Source of the DNA: Squalus acanthias
Taxonomy: Eukaryota
Direction of reading: 5' to 3'
Assembly: GCA_030390025.1 (NCBI GenBank)
Contig: CM059431.1
Location: 155,250,001 to 155,314,000, forward strand
Length of the DNA stretch: 64,000 nucleotides
Made by a program: the position numbers and the translations under genes. Below the pieces are notes generated by a model. It had not been told where the DNA came from and made no database searches. It saw nothing but the letters and a program-made list of their open reading frames with translations. Positions 1-12,700 of this stretch are shown here, in pieces. The stretch's first letter is position 1, and the number at the start of each line of letters is the position of its first letter.

Positions 1-1825
1 GCAGGAGTAGGCCATCCGGCCCTTCGAGCCTGCTCCGCCATTTAATGAGATCATGGCTGATCCTTCAATTCAGTATCCCGTCCCCGCCTTCTCTCCGTAA
101 CCCTTAACCCCTTTTGCCTGTAGAAATATATCTAATTCCCTCTTAAATATATTTAATGAGCTGGCGTACACTGCCCTCTGTGGCAATGAGTTCCACAGGT
201 TCACCACTCTCTGAGTGAAGAAATTCCCCCTCATTTCTGTCCTAAATGGTTTAGCCCTTATCCTTAAATTATGTCCTCTAGTTCTGTTCTCACCCGCCAA
301 GGGAAACATTCCTTCTGCATCTAATCTGTCTAGACCTGTCAGAATTTTATACACTTCTATGAGGTCCCCTCTCAATCTTCTAAACTCCAGTGTGTACATC
401 CCTAAACTACATAGTCTCTCCTCATAGGTCAATCCCGCCATTCCTGGTATCAGCCTGGTGAATCGCCGCTGCACCCCCTCCATGGCAAGAACATCTTTCC
501 TCAGATGAGGCGACCAAAACTGTACACAGTACTCGAGGTGTGGTCTCACCAGTGCCCTGTACAGCTGCAGCAAGGTATCCCTGTTCCTGTATTCCAACCC
601 TTTTGCTATGAAGGCCAGCATACCGTTTGCCTTCTTGACCGCCTGTTGCACCTGCATGCTCGCCTTCAGTGACTGGTGTACAAGAACACCCAGGTCTCTC
701 TGTACTTCCCCCTCTCCCAATTTATTGCCATTTAAATAATAATTTGCCCTCCCGTTCCTGCACCCAAGGTGGATAACTTCGCACTTGTCCACATTATAGT
801 GCATCTGCCATTTATCCGCCCAATCACCCAGTCTGTCCAAATCGCTCTGGAGCTTCCTGGTCTCCTCCTCTGAGCCCACCCCCCCTCCTAGTTTAGTGTC
901 GTCTGCAAATTTGGAAATGCTGCATTCGACTCCCTGATCCAGGTCATTAATATAAATTGTGAACAGCTGGGGACCCAGGACAGATCCCTGTGGTACCCCA
1001 CTTGTTACTGCCTGCCATTCAGAAAATGAGCCGTTTATTCCAACTCTCTGTTTTCTATCTGACAGCCAGTTCTCTATCCACGTCAATACTTTCCCCTTTA
1101 TCCCATGAGCTTCAATTTTCCATGCTAATCTTTTATGTGGGACCTTATCGAAGGCCTTTTGGAAGTCCAGGTACACCACATCTACTGGCTCTCCCCCATC
1201 TATTTTACCAGTTACTCCCTCAAAAAATTCCAATAGATTAGTCAAGCACGATTTACCCTTTGTAAATCCATGTTGACTCTGTCCTATCCTGTCCCCATTT
1301 GCTAAGTGCTCGGCTATTTCATCCTTAATGATGGACTCCAGCATTTTGCCCACAACTGATGTAAGGCTTACAGGTCTGTAATTACCTGCTTTTTCCCTAC
1401 CCCCCTTTTTGAATAGTGGGGTAACGTTAGCTACCCTCCAATCCATGGGCACTGTTCCCGAGTCTAATGAATTCTGAAAAATCATGCTTAGTGCATCCGC
1501 TATCTCTAGGGCCACCTCCTTCAGTACCCTAGGATGCATGTTATCAGGCCCTGGGGATTTGTCCGCCTTCAATCCCTTTAGCTTCCTTAACACCATATCC
1601 TTAGAGATATTGATTTGCGTCAGTTCCTCCTTTGCCAATGTCCCTATTTTTCCCGATATCCCAGGGAGGTTTTTTGTGTCTTCCTTCGTAAAGACTGACC
1701 CAAAGTATGCATTTAGTTGGTCTGCCATTTCCTTATTTCCCATTATATATTCCCCCGTATCTGACTGCAATGGACCAACTTTGGTTTTCACCAGTCTTTT
1801 CCTCTTGATATACTTATAAAAGCTT
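1..1825 (-). mobile_element. CR1 LINE, 5'-truncated, uninterrupted RT-domain reading frame
   Basis: ORF 70..~1825 with KSPGPD, YRPVSLTS, YLDFQKAFDKVPH, GVPQGSVLGP and FADD motifs; CR1 3' UTR at 1-69. Confidence 0.97.
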
Positions 1826-3229
1826 ATAAAATCATCTTGGCAGATCGGACGCTTGCCCCAGAGAAGGGCCTCTGCGGCTGGAGATTTCCGCTGCAGGACA
1901 ACCGCTCTTGAAAACACTTAAAAATCGTACTCCTGGTAAAAGCAGGCGTAAGGCCTGCTTTCCCCAGCACAAGAATTTAAAAAAGTAAAAAATTATATAT
2001 TTTTTCACTCACTTATAATTTTAATGTACTTCTAAATAAGGTATGTTTAATTTTAGCTCCGTAAAAATCTCTAATTATTTTTTTCAAAACATTACATTTT
2101 TGTTTAAAATATTTCAATTAATATAAATGTTACTCATTTTATAAACGCGATGCTTTTTAAAAAATATATTTATTTTTTTGATTTGTTTTTGGGGTGATCT
2201 CCAATCATACCTTTGACAGGGCTATCTGTCAAAGGTATGAAGGGAGATTCCCTTCTATTCTCTCGCCTGTCCACCTCCCTCAGGGGCTCACGAGCTTCGC
2301 AAGCGTCCCTGGGATCAGGTGGTCACTGCGTATTTCTACTGTGGACAGGCCCAGGATCGGAAATGGCTCCTCCTCGGGAGCCCTCAGGTAAGGGCGTAGA
2401 TTTATTCCCGATAGGAGTCATCCGCACGCAGGAAGACTCCTAACGGAAATTACGGGCCAAATATTGCAATGAATATTTGAATAAGATACCACTAGCAGCA
2501 CAAGCATCACGCGTCCTCAGCAAAGACACAATGGATATCCTGGAGCTAGATAGAACATCTAATAGCCACATATATCTAATCTCAGGAAAATAAATTAACT
2601 GACATATTTAAAATAAGCTGTCGCACACGGCCGAGAAATTCTGTCCGTTCTTTAGCAAAGCAGACGTGCATTTTAATTAAACGAGACGATTAGTGTGAGT
2701 CACTGCCGGTGGCACCAATTTCTAGAACTTTCTACTGAACATATCCAAGTCGTTGCTTCCATTTCTTTTCTCCTTTCAACTTCACTGCATGGCTGATTCT
2801 ACCAGCCTATCTACCAACTTCCCTGCCACAGTTATTACTTATAATTTACAACCTCAAAAAATCTGCATTACTCTACGTCTCACCAAGCACTCGCAAAATT
2901 CATCCAGTCCTTGGGTTACGCAACTTTAAGCCTTCACGTTCATTCTTCTGCCCAATGCTCAGGGACATAACATTACCGGCATCTTCTGTCATGACAGCCA
3001 TCATGTCCTATTTAAAATAAAATTCCGAGTCTCATCCATGATGTCTATCTGATCTCTTTTCGAATATTTCCTGAGGTTATGTAACACATATATTAATAAT
3101 GCATGGTGAATAAAGCTGATTAGTTGAAGGTAGCGATTGTCTGATGATGCTATCGGAAGTTATGATATGAAGACATTAACACCTACGTGGTTAATGCAAG
3201 CGCACGGCTGGGAGCTTGGCATTAATATT

Positions 3230-3768
3230 GGTCCCGATATTCCGATCCTTACGGATGTTCACGCGCTGTGTACACAACCGTAGGGACATCGGAAATGCCG
3301 GTTTTAGGCATGCCAAGCGCATGCGCTGAAATCCGTATTTTCCAATCTGTCAAGAATGCACTTGACAGATTGGACGCCGAGCCTGGAGAAGGTCCTCTGC
3401 GGACGGATAGTTCCGCTTTCTGGTGAACCCCCAGGCGGCAGAAAACCCTTAGAAATCGTATGCCTGCTAAAAGCAGGGCTAAGGCTTGCTTTTACTATGT
3501 TTTGGGGGTAAATTCCATTCATAGATTTGACAGGTCTTCCTGTCAAAGGTATGAAGGGAGATTCCCTTCTCTGATTGGCTCCCTACGTGATCCCAGGGAC
3601 GCTACGAACCGCCTGCGCCTCTGGGATACGTCTGCCCTGCGCACCGGCAGTTTGGAGAAACCAAGCAACGGAACTCAGCGTCTCCCGGGAGCCCTCCGGT
3701 CCAGGCACAGATTTTTCCAGATCGCAGTCCTCCGCCCGAGGGCGGCCTGCGAAAGGAATTTCTGGGCC
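3230..3768. mobile_element. MITE family A2, related to A1 (other copies 15254-15791, 28127-28650, 35049-35586, 45718-46183), each followed by a further partial copy
   Basis: att|ggtcccgatattcc ... ggaatttctgggcc|att: TIR-like ends with a 3-bp ATT duplication in this copy; internal sequence homologous to A1. Confidence 0.65.
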
Positions 3769-3867
3769 ATTATGTTTTTGGTGTGATCCCCATTCATATA
3801 TTTGACAAAAATGAGAAGTCGCACAACACCAGGTTATAGTCCAACAGATGTATTTAAAATTACAAAC

Positions 3868-3893
3868 TTTCGGAGCTGTCGCCCCTTCGTCAG
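3868..3893 (-). ncRNA. Hammerhead ribozyme core motif, second copy
   Basis: Reverse complement reads CTGACGA-A-GGGGC-GACA-GCTCC-GAAA; stem II is 5 bp with one G-U pair. Confidence 0.55.
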
Positions 3894-4686
3894 GTAAAGT
3901 TACTGTGAGAGAATCTATCAGAATTCACAGAATTTAAACACAGAGAAAATGCATAGATTAAATCTTTCCCTACATCAAAGAGACACTAAGAGCACAGCCA
4001 AGACAATGAGATGTGTCCCATGGGGTCCAACGCGTCAGACCACCTGCTGGGGGCATATCCTCTCCATTTTTTGTGTTTGCTTCTTGCGTTTGCTTTTTTT
4101 TTAAACTTGAAAGACCGGCAATGATGTCAATTCACGTTCTATAGCGTGACATGAACCCGATATCCCGATTGAGGCCGTCCTCATGAGTGCAGAACTTGGC
4201 TATCAGTTTCTGCTCGATGATTTTGCGTTGTCTTGTATCCCGAAGGCCGCCTTGGAGAACACTAACACGCAGATCCGAGGCAGTCAAGGGCATTCAGCCT
4301 CGGATCTGCGGGTTAGCGTTCTCCAAGGCGGCCTTCGGGATATACGACAATGCAAAATGATCGAGCAGAAACTGATAGCCGAGTTACGCACTCATGAGGA
4401 CGGCCTCAATCAGGTTATCGGGTTCATGTCACACTATAGAACGTGACTTGACATCGTTGCCGGTCTTTCCAGTTTTTAAAAAAAAAACAAACACAAGAAA
4501 CATACACAAAAAATGGAGAGGATATGCAGCCAGCAGGTATTCTGACGCGTTGGACCCCCTGGGACACATCTCATTGTCTTGGCTGTGCTCTTAGTGTGTC
4601 GTTGATGTAGGGAAGGATTTAATCTATGCATTTTCTCTGTGTTCATATTCTGTGAATTCTGATAGATTCTCTCACAGTAACTTTAC

Positions 4687-4712
4687 CTGACGAAGGGGTG
4701 ACAGCTCCGAAA
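4687..4712 (+). ncRNA. Hammerhead ribozyme core motif (minimal, Penelope-associated type)
   Basis: CTGACGA-A-GGGGT-GACA-GCTCC-GAAA matches CUGANGA / stem II / GAAA; stems I and III not verified. Confidence 0.55.
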
Positions 4713-6159
4713 GCTTGTAATTTTAAATAAATCTGTTGGACTATAACCTGGTGTTTTGCGACTTCTCATTTTTGTCCACCCCAGTCCAACGCCGGCATCT
4801 CCGCATCATGACCACTATATTTGACAGGTATTCCTGTCAAGTGTATGAATGCAGTTTCCCTACTTTGCTTGGCTCCCCATGGCCCACATGATCCCAGGCA
4901 CCCTGTAATCTGCCTGTGCCTCTGGGATAATAGGGCACTGCGCAAGTGGAGATTGGAGAGGCCCAGGATCGGAATCGTATGCGTCCCGGGATCCCTAACG
5001 TAAGGGCGTAGATTTTTCCAGATTGCAGACCTGCGCACTCGGGATTCCTGCGATCGAAAAAACTGGCCATTAACTATGAGGAGTTCATTATGATGCACAA
5101 GTGGTGGGTAACGAATTGAGGTAGTGAAATATTGAAAACATTGAAAAAATTTAGCGAAGGTATCAGAGATATGGGTGACTTTAAATATCTGAAGTATAGA
5201 AGTGATGTTCCGGTGGAAGAGGGAGTGTGCTGTCTGCCAGTATCCAGGACGTGAGATAGATGGGTAAGTTTCCAGAACAACAGGGAAGGAATGAGTATTG
5301 GATCCATTTCTGCAAACGGATGACGGATATCTAAGAAGTAATGATATCATTAGAATTCAGAAGAACAGTAAATCAAAGCAATATATATGTACAGGATAAC
5401 CAATTTCAACAAATCAAGAACACACTAGCCCAGATATATTGGGACGGAATGGATCAGATAATTCCGTCGGGAAACAATACGGAGGTACCAAGTAGGAAAT
5501 GATTGCGATACGATTTATAGGAATTACACGATAATAAAACGGGTGGAGCACATACAAGAATTACTTGGAAGTGCATAGAAAAGGAAATTAAAAGTAGATT
5601 TACAAATTGAATGTAGGGGGTTGATTATATAAATCAAATCAAAGAAACATAGAGGTTAACGAGCAGAAGGTAAAACGTTGTCAGTTTAAGAATTTGGTGA
5701 TTGGCAGGTGACAGAATTAGGGACAATGATCACATTTCATAAAAACTTCAGATAAAATAGTTACTCATAAGACAGGACTGTTCAAGTATTCAAAGCAAAT
5801 GGTTCATATAGAAGATGAAGGATTGACTGATAAGCTTGTGCTACTGTTTAGATGAATGATACTTGAAATGAACGGAAGTCTAATTGCAATCCATAATAAA
5901 GAAATACGGACGCGTGTAATACGAGCCGCCCATTCGCTATCAGCACCTGTCATGCGACTGGCCGATTCCAATTTCACCCGCATTGTTTTACAATCTGTGC
6001 AGTTTGAGTTTCTAAAAGCACGTTGTGAGCATTCCAGAACATTGCTGTTACTAACAACAAATAATGCTTCATTTTGCACGAAACATATTCCTGAAATCTG
6101 GCTTTTCCCCTTTTATTTGGCACTTAACATTTTTTCATATCAGTTTTGAAAATTCAGCT

Positions 6160-6422
6160 TCCCTCGGTGACTCAACGCTGCTCCTCTCTATCTCTGCAAC
6201 ATCCTCCAGCCCTACAATCCTCCGTGATCTCTGTGCTCATCAAATTCTGAACCATTGCGCAACCCCGATTCTCTTCACGCCACCATTGGCAGCCGTGGGT
6301 GGTGCTGCCTCGGTCCTAAACTCTGGAATTAACTCTGTAATCCTCTCCGGCCGTCTGCCATTCTCTGCTCTTTAGAAACGCTCCTTATAACTTATCTCCT
6401 TGACATAGATTTTGGTCACCTG
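6160..6422 (+). mobile_element. Old L2 LINE 3' fragment (present in all units, ~110 bp upstream of exon B)
   Basis: Similar to the L2 3' ends at 62445-62820 and 52650-52965 (ctccagccctacaa...ctctggaatt...ttttggtcacctg). Confidence 0.65.
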
Positions 6423-6534
6423 ATTGTGAGCTTTTCTATTAATTTCTCCCATAAAGAGAGGGAGAAAGAAAACCGACGTTTCTTAGCTGATTTTGTTAAA
6501 TACTTTGTTCAATATGATTGCAATATTTTTTTAG

Positions 6535-6733
6535 GAAATCAGTACACTTGCTGAAAGTCAGCGCAGAAACGATGCTTCCCAACGCATTTTCGATACCGTG
6601 TTGGAAAAGGGAGCTCGGGGAGAAAGAACAATGTGGAACATATTTCTTCAACTGCAGAATACAAAATCGAAACTGAAAGCGACATTGTCACAGATACAGA
6701 AGACAGGTACATGGACAAAACATGATCTAGAAG
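6535..6733 (+). CDS. Exon B, unit 1 (C-terminal half of CARD-like domain)
   Basis: Acceptor tttttttAG|GAAATC; EISTLAESQRRNDASQRIFDTVLEKGARGERTMWNIFLQLQNTKSKLKATLSQIQKT(GTWTKHDLE). The donor used by the other copies is GG here (6734-6735); a same-phase donor CAG|GTACAT follows 6706. Confidence 0.75.
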
Positions 6734-9700
6734 GGAGGCGATGTCAAAATCTAATTGCAAAAGATCTCATTTACTTTCAGAGTAAGAGAGTTCATTATTT
6801 ATGTCGAGGAACTTATTTTAAGTTAATGTCCAGGAGAATGAAATTCTAATTGTCGCGGACACACAATGGCCGGTAACATTTGCCGACAGTTACACACACG
6901 CCCGATATTCAGCTCAATTCAAGTTTATTCGCTCGCAACATATAATAGGCGATGGATGCGATACGGTCTGTGTTTTGTCCTCGCTGAAAAACGGCCGGTA
7001 CTGCATCTGCTGCCCGTTGTTCGCTCGGTCCTATGTTCCCTTGCTTTGACTCCAATAAAATTGCAGAGGCTGCGCTGTGCCCACCCAGAGCCGGTAATCA
7101 GGGAAATCTCTCAAATCAGGGAAACTGATGTAATCTTCGGCTCTTTCACGGTAATTGCGCTCTTGAATTCCCCAATAAAAGTTTGACTGACAGGTAAGGG
7201 TGTAACTGGATTGCAACACCGTATTGAATTCTAAACAAATGTGAAGCGCAGATAATCTAATTCACATTTTGTGCAGAAACAACTTTATTCATTTGAATAA
7301 AAATTTGCATTATTCTGAAAATGTAATTATTTTAAAGGATTTTTCCTCCTTATTTCTGCTTTGCATTTTCCCCATGTTAGAGCCCCAATATTTGTTTCGT
7401 TCGCTCAATCATTTTTTCCAAATGTTAGAAGTTTAACAGCTTATTCACTTCCTTGTTCGCTGTCTGTGAGAATTCTGCGTTTTGGTTGGTTGCTTAGACA
7501 GCCTGTTGACTTCACAGCAGCTTGCACTCGGGATTCCCAATGATGCTCCGTTGATTTGAATTACACTTCGGAAAACCTGATTGGGAGATATTTGTGTCAC
7601 GCATACTTTGTGGCCGCAGCAAATGCCTTTGCTTCGCGCTGACCGCTAATTCCGGGCCGTTCTTTATTTAGTATCTCTCAGGCCTTTCTACTTCCATCGA
7701 TAGGCATTTTAGAATCCGGTACAATCAATTATGATTCCTACCAGCGATTGTCATGTTTCAGATGTGGTATTTGAGATTTAGTTATTATTTCAATTTGATA
7801 TCAATAACTTTTTCCCAATGTTGTGTTCTTGTAATTGTTGTATTGATATCTATCAAATTTATTTTGAGTACATTTAGATTCACAGTATTTAAATTTCTCC
7901 AGTCCGTATCGCAGTTTAGTTTTCCCAAGAAAGAAGGAATGAGCTTGCATTTACTGTTAATTTCTTTAACTATCTGTGCATTATTTATAAGCTCTTTAGG
8001 CTAACAAGCGACAGTCACGACTATTTCTAATTGCTCAGCAGCATCTGGTGATTCCAAGCAATAAATTTCGAATGGATTCTCAGATCACCGTTCGCAACCA
8101 TCATATTTTAATTTTCTGGATATATGATAACATATGAATATATGCTCGTGATTTAGATCCGCTTTTGTGAGGTTTAGACTCGATTCCTTAAACGACTTTT
8201 GGGCACTGCCAGATAGAATCCCCAGAGCTCGACTGCTTCAATTCATCAGTTCACCCTCATTTCCACTTATCCATAATCCCATTTGTCGGTGACCTACATT
8301 GACTTGTTATCACAGACAATTTGTGAAAGACTCCTATTCATCTACAATTCCCTTTACGGTCTCGAGCGTCTTAATTTTACAGTCTTCTTCAGAAACCCTC
8401 TTTTATTTCTGGTCCATCCTCTCCCTTTGCTGTTTTCCCCAGATTATTGGTTCCTCTGCTCCGGACTCCAACAAAGTCGTTAGCACCAATGTCTGGAATC
8501 CGTTGCCTTGGGCTTCCACTCTTTACTTCCTACTTACTTTAAACAACCTCCACATGTTGCAAGTACTAGGTCGTTTCTCTTAACTCTACGAAAAAGAGAC
8601 AGCTTTAACTCTAAATTCCTGCTCTGTGAGGCGCCATTGCCCGTCTCACTGTTTGAAAGGCTCTAAAGAAAAGCTGCTGCTCTAAAAGTTAGTTCAAAGT
8701 ATTTATTGCTTCAAAGCAAACATAGTATTGTAACCTGTTCTCATTCACACTTTTACAGAACATTCAGATAGTATATTTTTACTAATGTTGGCGAGCTACA
8801 CGGATATCCAGCTTGGAAGAATTATCGGCTGCTACCGTCAGAGACTAGAATCGTCAATTGAAGAATTCGTGGAAGCTGTTAGTCAATCGCTCTTAGATGC
8901 AAACGTGTTTACTGAAACAATTCATAAGGTATGCTACATATATGTTGCAATTTTCGAAATGGCCTCCTAAATTTGAGACGGTTTGGTGGGCGATTGTTCA
9001 AGTCGGTCTGGAACGTCATGGTTTGCTGGTTTAAAGGTTGTATTCTCTGGCGACATTATGTTCGCGGCGGAGGTGTGGTGGTGCGAGGACTTGAAAGCCA
9101 TGGGGTGAATGATAACAACCTTCCCACGGCCCACCCTTTTACGTGCTCTTAGATTACAGCTAATATCGTCTAAAAGGAAACAGAACTTGTCGTTTTTAAT
9201 GCGTTAAATAATAAGAGAACAGCATCTCATGTTATTACCATAAGTTCATCGTGGAAGAATCCTCGACCCAAATATCGTCAGCTGCATCATCAATTAATTT
9301 TTTTCTGTCATACGGTCAGAATTTGAGCTGTACACTGATGATTGCAGTGTTTAATTCCATTCCCAATAACTCAGGTAACTAAACAGTCCATGTCCGTATG
9401 CAACTAGATCTGGTCAACATGCCAGTTTTGGTTGATAATTGCAAGTAACATTTGTGCCACATAAGTGACAGGCAAAAACCATCTGCAGAAAGAGACTCTC
9501 TAATCAACTGATAATTCACTAGAAAACGTCTTGCAGTTAAGCTATTTACCTTGGCCGTATTTCTGCAGGGATTCGGGTTACTGCTGTTTCTGTAATCGGA
9601 CATAAATGGCATCCTATCCAAGGAGCAATTAATCCAAATTTCAGTATTGCAAGTAACACGCCAAGACACAATGGCTCGTATTTTCCGATGCCTACGTGTG

Positions 9701-12700
9701 AGTACGCGCTGTGTACACACCCGCAGGGACATCGGTAATGCCGCATTCAGGCATGCGAAGCGCATGCGCCGAAAACCGGCATTACCGATCTGTCAAGTGT
9801 TGGCGGACCTGGCTGGATCGACAGCAGCGAGGCGGCGGCTTTAAAAGAGGCGGCGACCAGGTAGGCCCACAGAGGCGGCGGACCTGGGTGGAGCGACATC
9901 CGCGAGACGGCGGCTGTAAAAGAGGCGGCGACCAGGTAGACCCACAGAGGCGGCGGACCTGGGTGGAGCGACAGCGGCGAGGCGGCGGCTGTAAAAGAGG
10001 TGGCGACCAGGTAGGCCCAGAGAGGCAGCGGACCTGGGTGGAGCGACAGCGGCGAGGCGGCGGCTGTCAAAGAGGCGGCGACCAGGTAGGCATACCAATC
10101 TGAGCCCCGAGAGCGGGAGAGAGAGAAGTAGAAAATAATCAAAGTGTGATGTCACCAGAAAGCAGGTAAGTGATTGGTGGGTGAGTATTTCTCTTTTTCT
10201 CCTTCTTTCCATGCTTAAATTCTGTGGTTAATATTTTCTAGAGTCTCTGTAGTGTAGCGGGGACTGCTGTTAAGCAAGGGCCCTTCAGTATATCATTTAA
10301 TTGAAGTGAAATTAGTGGGATTCAATTAGTTTAATCTTAATTAATTATTTAAAGGGTAAGTCATGGCAGCAGATCTCGGCGCCGTGATATGCTCCTCCTG
10401 CGATGTGTGGGAAATCAGGGACACTTCCTGTGTCCCTGACGACCATGTGTGTGGGAAATGTATCCAGCTGCAGCTACTGACGGACCGCATTGCGGCGCTG
10501 GAGCTGCGGATGGATGCATATTGGAGCATTCACGATGATGAGAACGTCGTGAATAACACGTTTAGCGAGTTGGTCGCACCGCAGGTAAAGGGTGCACAGA
10601 CAGGAAGTGAATGGGTGACCACCAGGCAGAGTAAGAGGTGCAGGCAAGTAGTGCAGGGGTCCCCTGTGGCCATTCCCCCTCTCAAACAGGTATACAACTT
10701 TGGATGCTGTTGGGGGGGATGACTTATCAGGGGAAGGCGGCAGCAGCCAACTTCCTGGCAGCATGGGTGGCTCTGCTGCACAGGCTGGGATGAAAAAGTG
10801 TGGAAGAGCTATAGTGATAGGGGATTCAATTTTAAGCGGAATAGATCGGCCTTTCTGCGGACGCGATCGAAACTCTGGGATGTTGTGTAGCCTCCCTGGT
10901 GCAAGGGTAAGGACGTCTCGGAGCGTCTACAGAACATTTTGGAGGTGGAGGGTGAGCAGCCAGTTGTCGTGGTGCACATAGCCATCAACGATATAGGTAA
11001 AAAACGGGATGAGGTCCTAAAAGCAGAATATAGGGAGTTAGGAGGTAAATTAAAAAAGTGGACCTCAAAGATAGTAATCTCAGGATTGCTACCAGTGCCA
11101 CGTGCTTGTCAGAGTAGTAATAGGAGGATATTTCAAATGAATACGTGGCTAGAGAAATGGATGGTGCAAGGGGGTGGGATTCAAATTCCTTGGACATTAT
11201 AACCAGTTCGGGGGGAGGTGGGACCAGTACAAACGTGACGGTCTGAACCTGGGCAGGGCCAGGACCGATGTCCTAGGGGGAGTGTTTGCTAGTGCTGTTG
11301 GGGAGGGTTTAAACTAAAGTGGCAGTGGGTTGGGAACCTGAGCAGGGAGACAGAGGAAAGGGAAACAAGGATAAAAGCTAAAGACAGGAAGGAGAAAAAC
11401 AAAAGTAGAAGGCAAAGAACTCAAAGGCTAACATATACGGTCTGATGAAAGGGAGGAACTGAAAGAAAGCAGTATTTGCAGGGAAATGGTGTTAGGGAAA
11501 TTGACGGGATTGAAGGCCGATAAATCCCCAGGGCCTGATAATCTACATCCTAGGGTACTTAAGGAAGTGGCCCGAGAAATAGTAGATGCATTGCTGATCA
11601 TCTTCCAACATTCGATGGAATCTGGAACTGTTCCTATGGATTGGAGGGTAGCCAATGTTACCCCACTGTTCAAAAAGGGTGGCAGAGAGAAAGCGGGGTA
11701 TTACAGACCGGTATGCCTGACATCGGTATTGGGGAAAATCCTAGAGTCCATTATAAAGGATGTAATAGCTGAGCACTTGAAAAACAGTGACAGGATCGGA
11801 CAAAGTCAACATGGATTTACAAAAGGTAAATCGTGCTTGTCTAATCTACTGGAATTTTTGGAGGATGTAACTGGGAAAATAGATAAGGGAGAACCAGTAG
11901 ATGTGGTGTATTTGGACTTTCAAAAGGCTTTCAATAAGGTCCCGCATAAGAGATTAGAGTGTAAAGTTAAGGCACATGGGATTGGGGGCAAGGTATTGAC
12001 TTGGATAGAGGACTGGTTGGCGGACAGAAAGCAGAGAGTAGGAATTAATGGGTCTTTTTCCGAGTGGCAAGCAGTGACTAGTGGGGTACCACAGGGATCG
12101 GTCCTTGGATCCCAGCTATTCACAATATATATTAATGATCTAGATAAGGGAACTAAATGTAATATCTCCAAGTTTGCAGATGACACAAAGCTGGGTGGGA
12201 GAGTGTGCTGCGAGGAGGATACCGAGAAACTCCAGGATCATTTGGACAGGTTGGGTGAGTGGGCAGAAGCGCGGCAGATGCAAAATAACGTGGATAATTG
12301 CGAGGTTATCCACTTTGGTGTCAAAAACAGAAAGGCAGACTATTATCTGAATGGCAATAGATTGGGAGAAGGGGAAGTGCAATGAGACCTAGGTGACCTT
12401 GTGCACCAGTCGCTGAAAGTAAGCATGCTGGTGCAGCAGGCGGTGAAGAAGGCAAATGGTATGTTGACCTTCATAGCGAAAGGGTTTGAGTATAGGAACA
12501 GGGATGTCCTGCTGCAGTTGTACAGGGCCTTGGTGAGACCACACCTTGACTTATGTGTGCGGTTTAGTTCGCCTTATCTGAGGAAGGATGTTCTTGAAAT
12601 GGAAGGAGTTCAGCGAAGATTCAGAAGGCTGATACCTGGGATGGCAGGAATGACATATGAGGAGAGATTGGGTCGATTGGGCTTATACTCGCTGGAGTAT

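Larger units (their letters stand above)
3808..4815. mobile_element. Penelope-like element fragment arranged as a ~970-bp palindrome
   Basis: Arms ~3804-4281 and ~4297-4776 are reverse complements. The right arm encodes HSASDLRVSVLQGGL...EQKLIAELRTHEDGLN...FMSHY, resembling a Penelope GIY-YIG endonuclease C-terminus. Flanked by TATATTTGACA at 3797-3807 and 4816-4826; absent from the other units. Confidence 0.85.
1826..8538 (+). repeat. Tandem unit 1 (partial; start upstream of window)
   Basis: Colinear with units 2-5; ends at the shared landmark cttcctacttact. Confidence 0.95.

Noticed and set aside
1826..1917. N-terminal ~30 aa of the 615-aa ORF as a novel RT fusion
   Set aside because: Chance read-through from flanking MITE sequence into a 5'-truncated CR1 ORF2.
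2194..5350. Short ORFs in MITE A1/A2 (e.g. MISIHTFDR..., MPAKSRAKA...) as a transposase or small-protein family
   Set aside because: No transposase motifs; frames vary between copies; GC-rich palindromic sequence readily yields open frames.
5804..6149. Overlapping 81-97-aa ORFs on both strands repeated in several units
   Set aside because: No recognisable motif; the unit-4 copy has a stop and a SINE insertion; no convincing splice sites.
6539..6760. Minus-strand ORF MQLDFDIA... conserved in all units
   Set aside because: Antisense shadow of exon B; the splice signals and domain similarity are on the + strand.
7753..8004. Hydrophobic 83-aa ORF (MFQMWYLRF...) repeated in four units, superficially a membrane peptide
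   Set aside because: T-rich intronic sequence; the unit-3 copy has an in-frame TGA (~31730); recurrence reflects the duplication only.
9711..10212. Repetitive Arg/Gly-rich ORFs, or a CRISPR-like array
   Set aside because: Translations of the 75-bp CR1 5' UTR monomers; contiguous repeats without unique spacers; eukaryotic context with no cas genes.
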